Source: the human T2T-CHM13v2.0 reference genome, Homo sapiens
NCBI RefSeq assembly: GCF_009914755.1
Contig: NC_060933.1
Length of the DNA stretch: 64,000 nucleotides
Reading direction: 5' to 3' (one strand)
Each line of letters opens with the position of its first letter. Position 1 is the stretch's first letter. A program made the position numbers and the translations under genes. The notes beneath the pieces were generated by a model. That model searched no databases. It saw only the letters and a program-made list of their open reading frames with translations, and had not been told where the DNA came from. This document shows, piece after piece, positions 40,301 to 53,745 of this stretch.

Positions 40301-43300
40301 CCTTTCCATTCCATTCCACTCGGGTTGATTCCAATGTATTCCTTTCCATTCCATTCCATTCCATTGCAATCGAGTTGATTCCATTGCTTTGCATTCCATT
40401 CCATTCCATTCCATTCCGGATGATTCCATTCCATTGCATTCCATTCCATTCCATTCTCCTGCACTCGGGTTGATTCCATTCCATTCCACTCCATTCCGTT
40501 CCATTCCATTCCATTCCATTGTATTCGGGTTAATTCCATTCCATTCCATTCCATTCCATTCCATTCCATTACAATCGAGTTGATTCCATTCCATTCCATT
40601 CCATTCCATTCCAGTCCATTCCATTCCATTCCACTCGGGTTGATTCCATTCTATTAGTTTCCATTCCATTCCATTCCCTTCCATTCCACTCTGGTTGATA
40701 CCATTTCTTTCCATTCCACTCGAATACATTCTCTCCTATTCCACTCGGAACGATTCCATTCCATTCCATTCCATTCCATTCCATTCCATTCCATTCCATT
40801 CCATTTCTTTCCATTCCATTCTATTCCGTATCATTCCATTCCATTCCATTCCATTCCATTCCATTCCATTCCATTCCATTCCATTGTACTCAGGTTGATT
40901 CAATTCCATTGCATTCCATTCCATTCCATTCCATTCCATTCCATTCCGTTGCATTCCATTCCATTACATTCGGATTGATTCTATTCAACTCCCTTACTCT
41001 CCATTACATTCCATTCCATTCGGGTTGTTCCATTCCATTCCATTCCATTCCACTCCATTCCATTGCACTCGGGTTGATTCCATTCCATTCCATTCCATTC
41101 CATTCCATTCCATTCCGGATGATTCCATTCCATTGCATTCCGTTCCATTACATTCCCCTGCACTCGCGTTGATTCCATTCCATTCCATTCCATTCCATTC
41201 AATTGCATTCCATTACAATTCGTTCCATTCCATTCTATTCCGTACCATTCTATTCCATTCCATACCATTCCATTCCATTCCATTCCATTCCATTCCGTTC
41301 CATTCCGTTCCATTCCATTCCATTCCATTCTATTCAGATTAATTCCATTCCATTCCATTCCATTCCATTCTATTCCATTCCATTGCAATCGAGTTGAATC
41401 CATTGCATTTCATTCCATTCCATTCCATTCCATTCCATTCCGGAAGATTGCATTCCATTGCATTCCATTCCATTCCATTCCCCTGCACTCGCGTTGATTC
41501 CATTCCATTCCATTCCATTCCATTCCATTCCGTTCCGTTCCATTCCATTCCATTCCATTCCATTCCGTTCCGTTCCATTCCATTCCATTCCATTCTATTC
41601 GGGTTAATTCCATTCCATTCCATTCGATTGCAATCGAGTTGATTCCATTCCATTCCATTCCATTCCATTCCATTCCATTCCATTCCATTCCATTCCATTC
41701 CTTTCCATTCCATTACGGATGATTCCATTCCATTGCATTCCATTCCATTCCATTCCCCTCTACTCGGGTTGATTCCATTCCATTCCATTCCAATCCATGC
41801 CATTCCACTCGTGTTCATTCCATTCTTTCCATTCCATTCAAGTTGAATCCATTCCATTGCATTGCATTCCATTCGATTCCATTCGATTGCACTCGGGTTG
41901 ATTCCATTCCATTGCATTCCATTCCATTCCATTCCATTCCATTCCATTCCGTTCCGTTCCATTCCATTCCATTACATTCGGATTGATTCTATTCAATTCC
42001 CTTACACTCCATTACATTCCATTCCATTCGGGTAGTTTCCATTCCATTCCATTCCATTCCTCTCCATTCCATTGCACTCGGGTTGATTCCATTCCATTGC
42101 ATTCCATTCCATTCCATTCCATTCCATTCCATTCCATTCCATTCCATTCCGGATGATTCCATTCCATTGCATTCCATTCCATTACATTCCCCTGCACTCG
42201 GGTTGATTCCATTCCATTCCATTCCATTCCATTCAAATTCCATTCCACTCCATTCCAATCGAGTTGATTCCATTCCATTCCGTTCCATTCCTTTCCACTC
42301 CATTCCAGTCCTTTCCATTCCATTCCACTCTGGTTGATTCCATTCTATTCATTTCCATTCCATTCCATTCCATTGCAATCGAGTTGATTCCATTGTTTTG
42401 CATTCCATTCCATTCCATTCCATTCCGGATGATTCCATTCCATTGCATTCCATTCCATTCCATTCCCCTGCACTCGGGTTCATTACATTCCATTCCATTC
42501 CCTTCCATTCCTTTCCATTCCATTCCATTCCATTCTATTCGGGTTAATTCCATTCCATTGCACTCCATTCCATTCCATTTAATTCCATTCCATTGCAATC
42601 GAGTTGATTCCATTCTATTCCATTCCATTCCTTTCCGGATGATTCCATTCCATTCCATTCCATTCGAATCCATTCCATTGCACTCGGGTTGATTCCATTA
42701 AATTCCATTCCATTCCATTCCAGTCCGTTCCGTTCCATTCCATTCCATTCCATTCTATTCGGGTTAATTCCATTCCATTCCATTCAATTCCTTTCCAATC
42801 CATACCATTCAAATTCCATTCCACTCCATTCCAATCGAGTTGATTCCATTCCATTCCGTTCCATTCCATTCCATTCCATTCCAGTCCTTTCCATTCCATT
42901 CCACTCGGGGTGATTCCATTCTATTCATATCCATTCCATTCCATTCCCTTGCAATTGAGTTGATTCCTTTGTTTTGCATTCCATTCCATTCCATTCCATT
43001 CCATTCCGGATGATTCCATTCCATTGTATTCCATTCCATTCCATTCCCCTGCACTCGGTTTGATTCCATTTCATTCCACTCCATTCTGTTCCATTCCATT
43101 CCATTCCATTGTATTTGGGTTAATTCCATTCCATTCCATTCCATTCCATTCCATTCCATTCCATTACAATCGAGTTGATTCCATTCCATTCCTTTCCATT
43201 CCATTCGATTCCATTCCATTCCCCTGCACTCGCGTTGATTCCATTCCATTTCATTCCATTACATTCCGTTCCATTCCATTCCATTCCATTCTATTCGGGT

Positions 43301-46300
43301 TAATTCCATTCCATTCCATTAAAATTCCATTCCATTCCATTCCATTGCAATCGAGTTGATTCCATTCCATTCCATTCCATTCCATTCCATTCCAATCGAT
43401 TTGATTCCATTCCATTCCATTGCATTGCACTCCATTCCAGTCCTTTCCATTCCATTCCACTCGGGTTGATTCCATTCTATTCCTTTCCATTCCATTCCAT
43501 TCCATTGCAATCGAGTTGATTCCTTTCGAGTTGAATCCATTCCATTCCATTCCATTCCATTACATTGCACACGGGTTCATTCCATTCCATTCCATTCCAT
43601 TCCATTCCATTCCATTCCATTCCATGCCATTCCATTCCATTTCATTCCATTCCATTCTATTCCGTACCATTCCATTCCATCCCATTCCATTCCATTCCAT
43701 TCCATGCCATTACACTCGGGTTGATTCCATTCCTTTCTATTCCATTCTTGTTGAATCCATTCCATTCCATTCCATTATATTCGAATCCATTCCATTCCAT
43801 TCCAATCCATTCCATTGCACTCGGTTTGATTCCATTCCATTCCATTCCATTCCATTTCATTCCATTCCCTTCCATTTCATCCGGACTGATTCTATTCAAT
43901 TCCCTTACACTCCATTACATTCCATTCCATTCGGGATGTTTCCATTCCATTCCATTCCATTGCATCGGGTTCATTCCATTCCATTCCATTCCATTCCATT
44001 CCGGATGATTCCATTCCATTGCATTCAATTCCATTCCATTCCCCTGCACTCGGGTTGATTACATTCCATTCCATTCCCTTCCATTCCTTTCCATTCCAAT
44101 CCATTCCATTCTATTCGGGTTAATTCCATTCCATTCCACTCCATTCTATTCCATTCCATTCCATTCCATTCCATTCCATTCCATTCCATTCCATTTCAAT
44201 CGACTTGATTCCATTCCATTGCATTCCATTCCGTTCCGGATGATTCCATTCCATTGCATTCCATTACAATCCCTTCCCGTGCAGTCGGGTTGATTCCATT
44301 CCATTCCATTCCATTCCACTCCATTCCGTTCCGTTCCATTCCATTCCATTCCTTTCCATTCTATTCGGGTTAATTCCATTCCATTCCATTCCATTCCATT
44401 CCATTCCATTCCATTCCATTCCATTCAAATTCCATTCCACTCCATTCCAATCGAGTTTATTCCATTTTATTCCGTTCCATTCCATTCCACTCCATTCCAG
44501 TCCTTTCCATTCCATTCCTCTCGGGTTGATTCCATTCTATTCATTTCCATTCCATTCCATTCCATTGCAATCGAGTTGATTCCATTGTTTTGCATTCCAT
44601 TCCATTCCATTCCATTCCGTTCCGTTCCGTTCCATTCCATTCCATTCCATTCTATTCGGGTTAATTCCATTCCAATCCATTCCATTCCATTCCAATCGAG
44701 TTGATTCCATTCCATTCCATTCCATTCCATTCCACTCCATTCCAGTCCTTTCCATTCCATTCCACTCGGGTTGATTCCAATGTATTCCTTTCCATTCCAT
44801 TCCATTCCATTGCAATCGAGTTGATTCCATTGCTTTGCATTCCATTCCATTCCATTCCATTCCGGATGATTCCATTCCATTGCATTCCATTCCATTGCAT
44901 TCTCCTGCACTCGGGTTGATTCCATTCCATTCCACTCCATTCCGTTCCATTCCTTTCCATTCCATTGTATTCGGGTTAATTCCATTCCATTCCATTCCAT
45001 TCCATTCCATTCCATTACAATCGAGTTGATTCCATTCCATTCCATTCCATTCCAGTCCTTTCCATTCCATTCCACTCGGGTTGATTCCATTCTATTAGTT
45101 TCCATTCCATTCCATTCCCTTCCATTCCACTCTGGTTGATACCATTTCTTTCCATTCCACTCGAATACATTCTCTCCTATTCCACTCGGAACGATTCCAT
45201 TCCATTCCATTCCATTCCATTCCATTCCATTCCATTCCATTCCATTCCATTCCATTCCATTTCTTTCCATTCCATTCTATTCCGTATCATTCCATTCCAT
45301 TCCATTCCATTCCATTCCATTCCATTCCATTCCATTGTACTCAGGTTGATTCAATTCCATTGCATTCCATTCCATTCCATTCCATTCCATTCCATTCCAT
45401 TCCATTCCGTTGCATTCCATTCCATTACATTCGGATTGATTCTATTCAACTCCCTTACTCTCCATTACATTCCATTCCATTCGGGTTGTTCCATTCCATT
45501 CCATTCCATTCCACTCCATTCCATTGCACTCGGGTTGATTCCATTCCATTCCATTCCATTCCATTCCATTCCATTCCATTCCGGATGATTCCATTCCATT
45601 GCATTCCGTTCCATTACATTCCCCTTCACTCGCGTTGATTCCATTCCATTCCATTCCATTCCATTCAATTGCATTCCATTACAATTCGTTCCATTCCATT
45701 CTATTCCGTACCATTCTATTCCATTCCATACCATTCCATTCCATTCCATTCCATTCCATTCCGTTCCATTCCGTTCCATTCCATTCCATTCCATTCTATT
45801 CAGATTAATTCCATTCCATTCCATTCCATTCCATTCTATTCCATTCCATTGCAATCGAGTTGAATCCATTGCATTTCATTCCATTCCATTCCATTCCATT
45901 CCATTCCGGAAGATTGCATTCCATTGCATTCCATTCCATTCCATTCCCCTGCACTCGCGTTGATTCCATTCCATTCCATTCCATTCCATTCCATTCCGTT
46001 CCGTTCCATTCCATTCCATTCCATTCTATTCCGTTCCGTTCCATTCCATTCCATTCCATTCTATTCGGGTTAATTCCATTCCATTCCATTCGATTGCAAT
46101 CGAGTTGATTCCATTCCATTCCATTCCATTCCATTCCATTCCATTCCATTCCATTCCATTCCTTTCCATTCCATTACGGATGATTCCATTACATTGCATT
46201 CCATTCCATTCCATTCCCCTGTACTCGGGTTGATTCCATTCCATTCCATTCCAATCCATGCCATTCCACTCGTGTTGATTCCATTCTTTCCATTCCATTC

Positions 46301-49300
46301 AAGTTGAATCCATTCCATTGCATTGCATTCCATTTGATTCCATTCGATTGCACTCGGGTTGATTCCATTCCATTGCATTCCATTCCATTCCATTCCATTC
46401 CATTCCATTCCGTTCCGTTCCATTCCATTCCATTACATTCGGATTGATTCTATTCAATTCCCTTACACTCCATTACATTCCATTCCATTCGGGTAGTTTC
46501 CATTCCATTCCATTCCATTCCATTCCTCTCCATTCCATTGCACTCGGGTTGATTCCATTCCATTGTATTCCATTCCATTCCATTCAATTCCATTCCGTTC
46601 CATTCCATTCCATTACATTCGGATTGATTCTATTCAACTCCGTTACTCTCCATTACATTCCATTCCATTCGGGTTGTTCCATTCCATTCCATTCCATTCC
46701 ACTCCATTCCATTGCACTCGGGTTGATTCCATTCCATTCCATTCCATTCCATTCCATTCCGGAAGATTCCATTCCATTGCATTCCATTCCATTCCATTCC
46801 CCTGCACTCGCGTTGATTCCATTCCATTCCATTCTATTCCATTCCATTCCCTTCCTTTCCGTTCCATTCCATTCCATTCCATTCCATTCCGTTCCGTTCC
46901 ATTCCATTCCATTCCATTCTCTTCGGGTTAATTCCATTCCATTCCATTCGATTGCAATCGAGTTGATTCCATTCCATTCCATTCCATTCCATTCCATTCC
47001 ATTCCATTCCATTCCATTCCATTCCATTCCAATCGAGTTGATTCCATTCCATTCCATTCCATTCCATTCCACTCCATTCCAGTCCTTTCCATTCCATTCC
47101 ACTCGGGTTGATTCCAATGTATTCCTTTCCATTCCATTCCATTCCATTCCATTGCAATCGAGTTGATTCCATTGCTTTGCATTCCATTCCATTCCATTCC
47201 ATTCCGGATGATTCCATTCCATTGCATTCCATTCCATTCCATTCCCCGGCACTCGGGTTGATTCCATTCCATTCCACTCCTTTCCGTTCCATTCCATTCC
47301 ATTCCATTGTATTCGGGTTAATTCCAATCCATTCCATTCCATTCCATTCCATTCCATTACAATCTGGTTGATTCCATTCCATTCCATTCCATTCCAGTCC
47401 TTTACATTCCATTCCACTCGGGTTGATTCCATTCTATTAGTTTCCATTCCATTCCATTCCCTTCCATTCCACTCTGGTTGATACCATTCCTTTCCATTCC
47501 ACTCGAATACATTCCCTCCTATTCCACTCGGAACGATTCCATTCCATTCCATTCCATTCCATTCCATTCCATTCCATTCCATTCCATTGTACTCGGGTTG
47601 ATTCAATTCCATTGCATTCCATTCCATTCCATTCCATTCGATTCCGTTGCATTCCATTCCATTACATTGGGATTGATTCTATTCAACTCCCTTACTCTCC
47701 ATTACATTCCACTCCATTCGCGTTGTTCCATTCCATTCCATTCCATTCCACTCTATTCCATTGCACTCGGGTTGATTCCATTCCATTCCATTCCATTCCA
47801 TTCCATTCCATTCCGGATGATTCCATTCCATTGCATTCCGTTCCATTACATTCCCCTGCACTCGCGTTGATTCCATTCCATTCCATTCCATTCCATTCAA
47901 TTCCATTCCATTACGATTCGTTCCATTCCATTCTATTCCGTACCATTCCATTCCATTCCATACGATTCCATTCCATTCCATTCAATTCAATTCCATTCCG
48001 TTCCATTCCGTTCCATTCCATTCCATTGCAATCGAGTTGAATCCATTGCATTTCATTCCATTCCATTCCATTCCATTCCATTCCGGAAGATTCCATTCCA
48101 TTGCATTCCATTCCATTCCATTCCCCTGCACTCGCGTTGATTCCATTCCATTCCATTCCATTCCATTCCATTCCGTTCCGTTCCGTTCCGTTCCGTTCCG
48201 TTCCGTTCCATTCCATTCCATTCCATTCCATTCCATTCCGTTCCGTTCCATTCCATTCCATTCCATTCTATTCGGGTTCATTCCATTCCATTCCATTTGA
48301 TTGCAATCGAGTTGATTCCATTCCATTCCATTCCATTCCATTCCATTCCATTCCATTCCTTTCCATTCCATTACGGATGATTCCATTCCATTGCATTCTA
48401 TTCCATTCCATTCCCCTGTACTCGGGTTGATTCCATCCCATTCCATTCCAATCCATGCCATTCCACTCGTGTTGATTCCATTCTTTCCATTCCATTCAAG
48501 TTGAATCCATTCCATTGCATTCCATTCCATTCGATTCCATTCGATTGCACTCGGGTTGATTCCATTCCATTGCATTCCATTCCATTCCATTCCATTCCAT
48601 TCCATTCCATTCCATTCCTTTCCGTTCCATTCCATTCCATTCCATTCCATTCCATTCCAATCCATTCCATTCCGTTCCATTCCGTTCCATTCCATTCCAT
48701 TCCATTCTATTCGGGTTAATTCCATTCAATTCCATTTGATTGCAATCGAGTGGATTCCATTCCATTCCATTCCATTCCATTCCATTCCATTCCTTTCCAT
48801 TCCATTACGGATGATTCCATTCCATTGCATTCCATTCCATTCCATTCCATTCTATTCGGGTTAATTCCATTCCATTCCATTCCATTCCATTCCATTCCAA
48901 TCGAGTTGATTCCATTCCATTCCATAACGTTCCATTCCACTCCATTCCAGTCCTTTCCATTCAATTCCTCTCGGATTGATTCCATTCTATTAGTTTCCAT
49001 TCCATTCCATTCCATTCCCTTCCATTCCACTCTGGTTGATTCCATTCCTTTCCATTCCACTCGAATACATTCCCTCCTATTCCACTCGGAACGATTCCAT
49101 TCCATTCTATTCCATTCCATTCCATTCCATTCCATTCCATTTCGTTCCATTCCATTCTATTCCGTATCATTCCATTCCATTCCATTCCATTCCATTCCAT
49201 TCCATTCCATTCCATTGTACTCGGGTTGATTCAATTCCATTGCATTCCATTCCATTCCATTCCATTCCATTCCGTTGCATTCCATTCCATTACATTCGGA

Positions 49301-52215
49301 TTGATTCTATTCAACTCCCTTACTCTCCATTACATTCCATTCCATTCGGGTTGTTCCATTCCATTCCATTCCATTCCACTCCATTCCATTGCACTCGGGT
49401 TGATTCCATTTCATTCCATTCCATTCCATTCCATTCCATTCCGGATGATTCCATTCCATTGCATTCCGTTCCATTACATTCCCCTGCACTCGCGTTGATT
49501 CCATTCCATTCCATTCAATTCCTTTCCATTACAATTCGTTCCATTCCATTCTGTTCCGTACCATTCCATTCCATTCCATACCATTCCATTCCATTCCATT
49601 CCATTCCATTCCGTTCCATTCCGTTCCATTCCATTCCATTCCATTCTATTCGAATTAATTCCATTCCATTCCATTCTATTCCATTCCATTGCAATCGAGT
49701 TGAATCCATTGCATTTCATTCCATTCCATTCCATTCCATTCCATTCCATTCCGGAAGCTTCCATTCCATTGCATTCCATTCCATTCCATTCCCCTGCACT
49801 CGCGTTGATTCCATTCCATTCCATTCCATTCCATTCCATTCCATTCCGTTCCGTTCCATTCCATTCCATTCCATTCCATTCCATTCCATTCATTTCCATT
49901 CCATTACGGATGATTCCATTCCATTGCATTCCATTCCATTAAATTCCCCTGTACTCGGGTTGATTCCATTCCATTCCATTCCAAGCCATGCCATTCCACT
50001 CGTGTTGATTCCATTCTTTCCATTCCATTCAAGTTGAATCCATTCCATTGCATTCCATTCCATTCGATTCCATTCGATTGCACTCGGGTTGATTCCATTC
50101 CTTTGCATTCCATTCCTTTCCATTCCATTCCATTCCATTCCATTCCATTCCATTCCATTACATTCGGATTGATTCTATTCAATTCCCTTACACTCCATTA
50201 CATTCCATTCCATTCGGGTAGTTTCCATTCCATTCCATTCCATTCCTCTCCATTCCATTGCACTCGGGTTGATTCCATTCCATTGCATTCCATTCCATTC
50301 CATTCAATTCCATTCCGTTCCATTCCATTCCATTACATTCGGATTGATTCTATTCAACTCCCTTACTCTCCATTACATTCCATTCCATTCGGGTTGTTCC
50401 ATTCAATTCCATTCCATTTCACTCCATTCCTTTGCACTCGGGTTGATTCCATTCCATTCCATTCCATTGCATTCCATTCCATTCCATTCCATTGCATTCC
50501 ATTCCATTCCATTCCGGATGATTCCATTCCATTGCATTCCATTCCATTCCATTCCCCTGCACTCGGGTTGATTCCATTCCATTCCATTCCATTACATTCC
50601 GTTCCATTCCATTCCATTCCATTCGGATTGATTCCATTCAATTCCCTTACACTCCATTACATTCCATTCCATTCGGGTAGTTTCCATTCCATTCCATTCC
50701 ATTCCTCTCCATTCCATTGCACTCGGGTTGATTCCATTCCATTCCATTCCATTCCATTACATTACATTCCATTCCATTCCATTCCGTTCCATTGTACTCG
50801 GGTTGATTCCATTCCATTGCATTCCATTCCATTCCATTCCATTCCATTCCATTCCATTCCGTTCCATTCCATTATATTCGGATTGATTCTATTCAACTCC
50901 CTTACTCTCCATTACATTCCATTCCATTCGGGTTGTTCCATTCCATTCCATTCCATTCCACTCTATTCCATTGCGCTCGGGTTGATTCCATTCCATTCCA
51001 TTCCATTCCATTCCATTCCGGATGATTCCATTCCATTGCATTCCGTTCCATTACATTCCCCTGCACTCGGGTTGATTCCATTCCATTCCATTCCATTCCA
51101 TTCCATTCGATTCCATTCCATTCCAATTCTTTCCATTCCATTCTATTCCGTACCATTCCATTCCATTCCATACATTTCCATTCCATTCCATTCCACTCCG
51201 TTCCGTTCCGTTCCGTTCTGTTCCGTTCCATTCCATTCCATTCCATTCTATTCGGTTTAATTCCATTCCATTCCATTCCATTCCATTCCATTCCATTCTA
51301 TTCCATTCCATTGCAATCGAGTTGAATCCATTGCATTCCACTCCATTCCATTCCATTCCATTCCATTCCATTCCATTCCATTCCCTTCCATTCCGTTACA
51401 TTACATTCGGATTGATTCTTTTCAACTCCCTTACTCTCCATTACATTCCATTCCATTCGGGTTGTTCCATTCCATTCCTTTCCATTCCACTCCATTCCAT
51501 TGCACTCGGGTTGATTCATTTCCATTCCATTCCATTCCATTCCGGATGATTCCATTCCATTGCATTCCGTTACATTACGTTCCCCTGCACTCGGGTTGAT
51601 TCCATTCCATTCCTTTCCATTCCATTCGATTCCATTCCATTCCCCTGCACTCGCGTTGATTCCATTCCATTCCATTCCGTTCCATTCCATTCCATTCCAT
51701 TCCTTTCCGTTCCATTCCATTCCATTCCATTCCATTCCGTTCCATTGCATTCCATTCCATTCCATTCCTTTCCATTCCATTCCATTCCATTCCATTCTAT
51801 TCGTGTTAATTCCATTCCATTCCATTCGATTGCAATCGAGTTGATTCCATTCCATTCCATTCCATTCCATTCCAGTCCTTTCCATTCCTTTCCATTCCAT
51901 TACTGATGATTCCATTCCATTGCATTCCATTCCATTCCATTCCCATGTACTCGGGTTGATTCCATTCCATTCCATTCCAATCCATGCCATTCCACTCGTG
52001 TTGATTCCATTCTTTCCTTTCCATTCAAGTTGAATCCATTCCATTGCATTCCATTCCATTCGATTCCATTCGATTGCACTCGGGTTGATTCCATTCCATT
52101 GCATTCCATTCCATTCCATTCCATTCCATTCCATTCCATTCCCTTCCATTCCACTCTGGTTGATTCCATTCCTTTCCATTCCACTCGAATACATTCCCTC
52201 CTATTCCACTCGGAA
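37356..52215 (+). repeat. 14,902-bp tandem duplication, copy 2
   Basis: Constant offset from copy 1, so no net indel. Identity breaks down from 52216 (GGAATGATT vs GGAACGATT at 37314) onward. Confidence 0.95.
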
Positions 52216-53259
52216 TGATTCCATTCCATTCCATTCCATTCCATTCCATTCCTTTCCATTCCATTCCATTCCATTTCGTTCCATTCCATTCTATTCCGTA
52301 TCATTCCATTCCATTCCATTCCATTCCATTCCATTCCATTCCATTCCTTTCCATTCCATTCTATTCCGTATCATTCCATTCCATTCCATTCTATTCCGTA
52401 CCATTCCATTCCATTCCATACCATTCCATTCCATTGCATTCCATTCCATTCCATTCCGTTCCATTCCGTTCCATTCCATTCCATTCCATTCTATTCGGAT
52501 TAATTCCATTCCATTCTATTCCATTCCATTCTATTTCATTCCATTGCAATCGAGTTGAATCCATTGCATTTCATTCCATTCCATTCCATTCCATTCCATT
52601 CCGGAAGATTCCATTCCATTGCATTCCATTCCATTCCATTCCCCTGCACTCGCGTTGATTCCATTCCATTCCATTCCATTCCATTCCGTTCCATTCCATT
52701 CCATTCCATTCCATTCCTTTCCGTTCCATTCCATTCCATTCCATTCTATTCGGGTTAATTCCATTCCATTCCATTCGATTGCAATCGAGTTGATTCCATT
52801 CCATTCCATTCCATTCCACTCCATTCCTTTCCATTCCATTCCTTTCCATTCCATTACGGATGATTCCATTCCATTGCATTCCATTCCATTCCATTCCCCT
52901 GTACTCGGGTTGATTCCATTCCATTCCATTCCAATCCATGCCATTCCACTCGTGTTGATTCCATTCTTTCCATTCCATTCAAGTTGAATCCATTCCATTG
53001 CATTCCATTCCATTCCATTCCCCTGCAGTCGGGTTGATTCCATTCCATTCCATTCCATTCCATTCCATTCCATTTCGTTCCGTTCCATTCCATTACATTC
53101 CATTCTATTCGGGTTAATTCCATTCCATTCCATTCCACTCCATTCCATTCCAATCGAGTTGATTCCTTTCCATTCCATTCCACTCCATTCCAGTCCTTTC
53201 CATTCCATTCCACTCTGGTTGATTCCAATGTATTCCTTTCCATTCCATTCCATTCCATT

Positions 53260-53745
53260 GCAATCGAGTTGATTCCATTCCATTCCATTCCATTCCAGTC
53301 CTTTCCATTCCATTCCACTCGGGTTGATTCCATTCTATTAGTTTCCATTCCATTCCATTCCCTTCCATTCCATTATATTCGGGTTAATTCCATTCCATTC
53401 CATTCCATTCCATTCCATTACCATCGAGTTGATTCCATTCCATTCCATTCCATTCCAGTCCTTTCCATTCCATTCCACTCGGGTTGATTCCATTCTATTA
53501 GTTTCCATTCCATTCCATTCCCTTCCATTCCACTCTGGTTGATTCCATTCCTTTCCATTCCACTCGAAAACATTCCCTCCTATTCCACTCGGAACGATTC
53601 CATTCCATTCCATTCCATTCCATTCCATTCCATTCCATTCCATTCCATTACCATAGAGTTGATTCCATTCCATTCCATTCCATTCCAGTCCTTTCCATTC
53701 CATTCCACTCGGGTTGATTCCATTCTATTAGTTTCCATTCCATTG
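53260..53745 (+). repeat. Three local copies of the CAGTCCTTTCC...CTATTAGTTTCC module
   Basis: TATTAGTTTCC at 53336, 53496 and 53726, each preceded by GAGTTGATTCC...CAGTCCTTTCC...ACTCGGGTTG. Confidence 0.75.
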
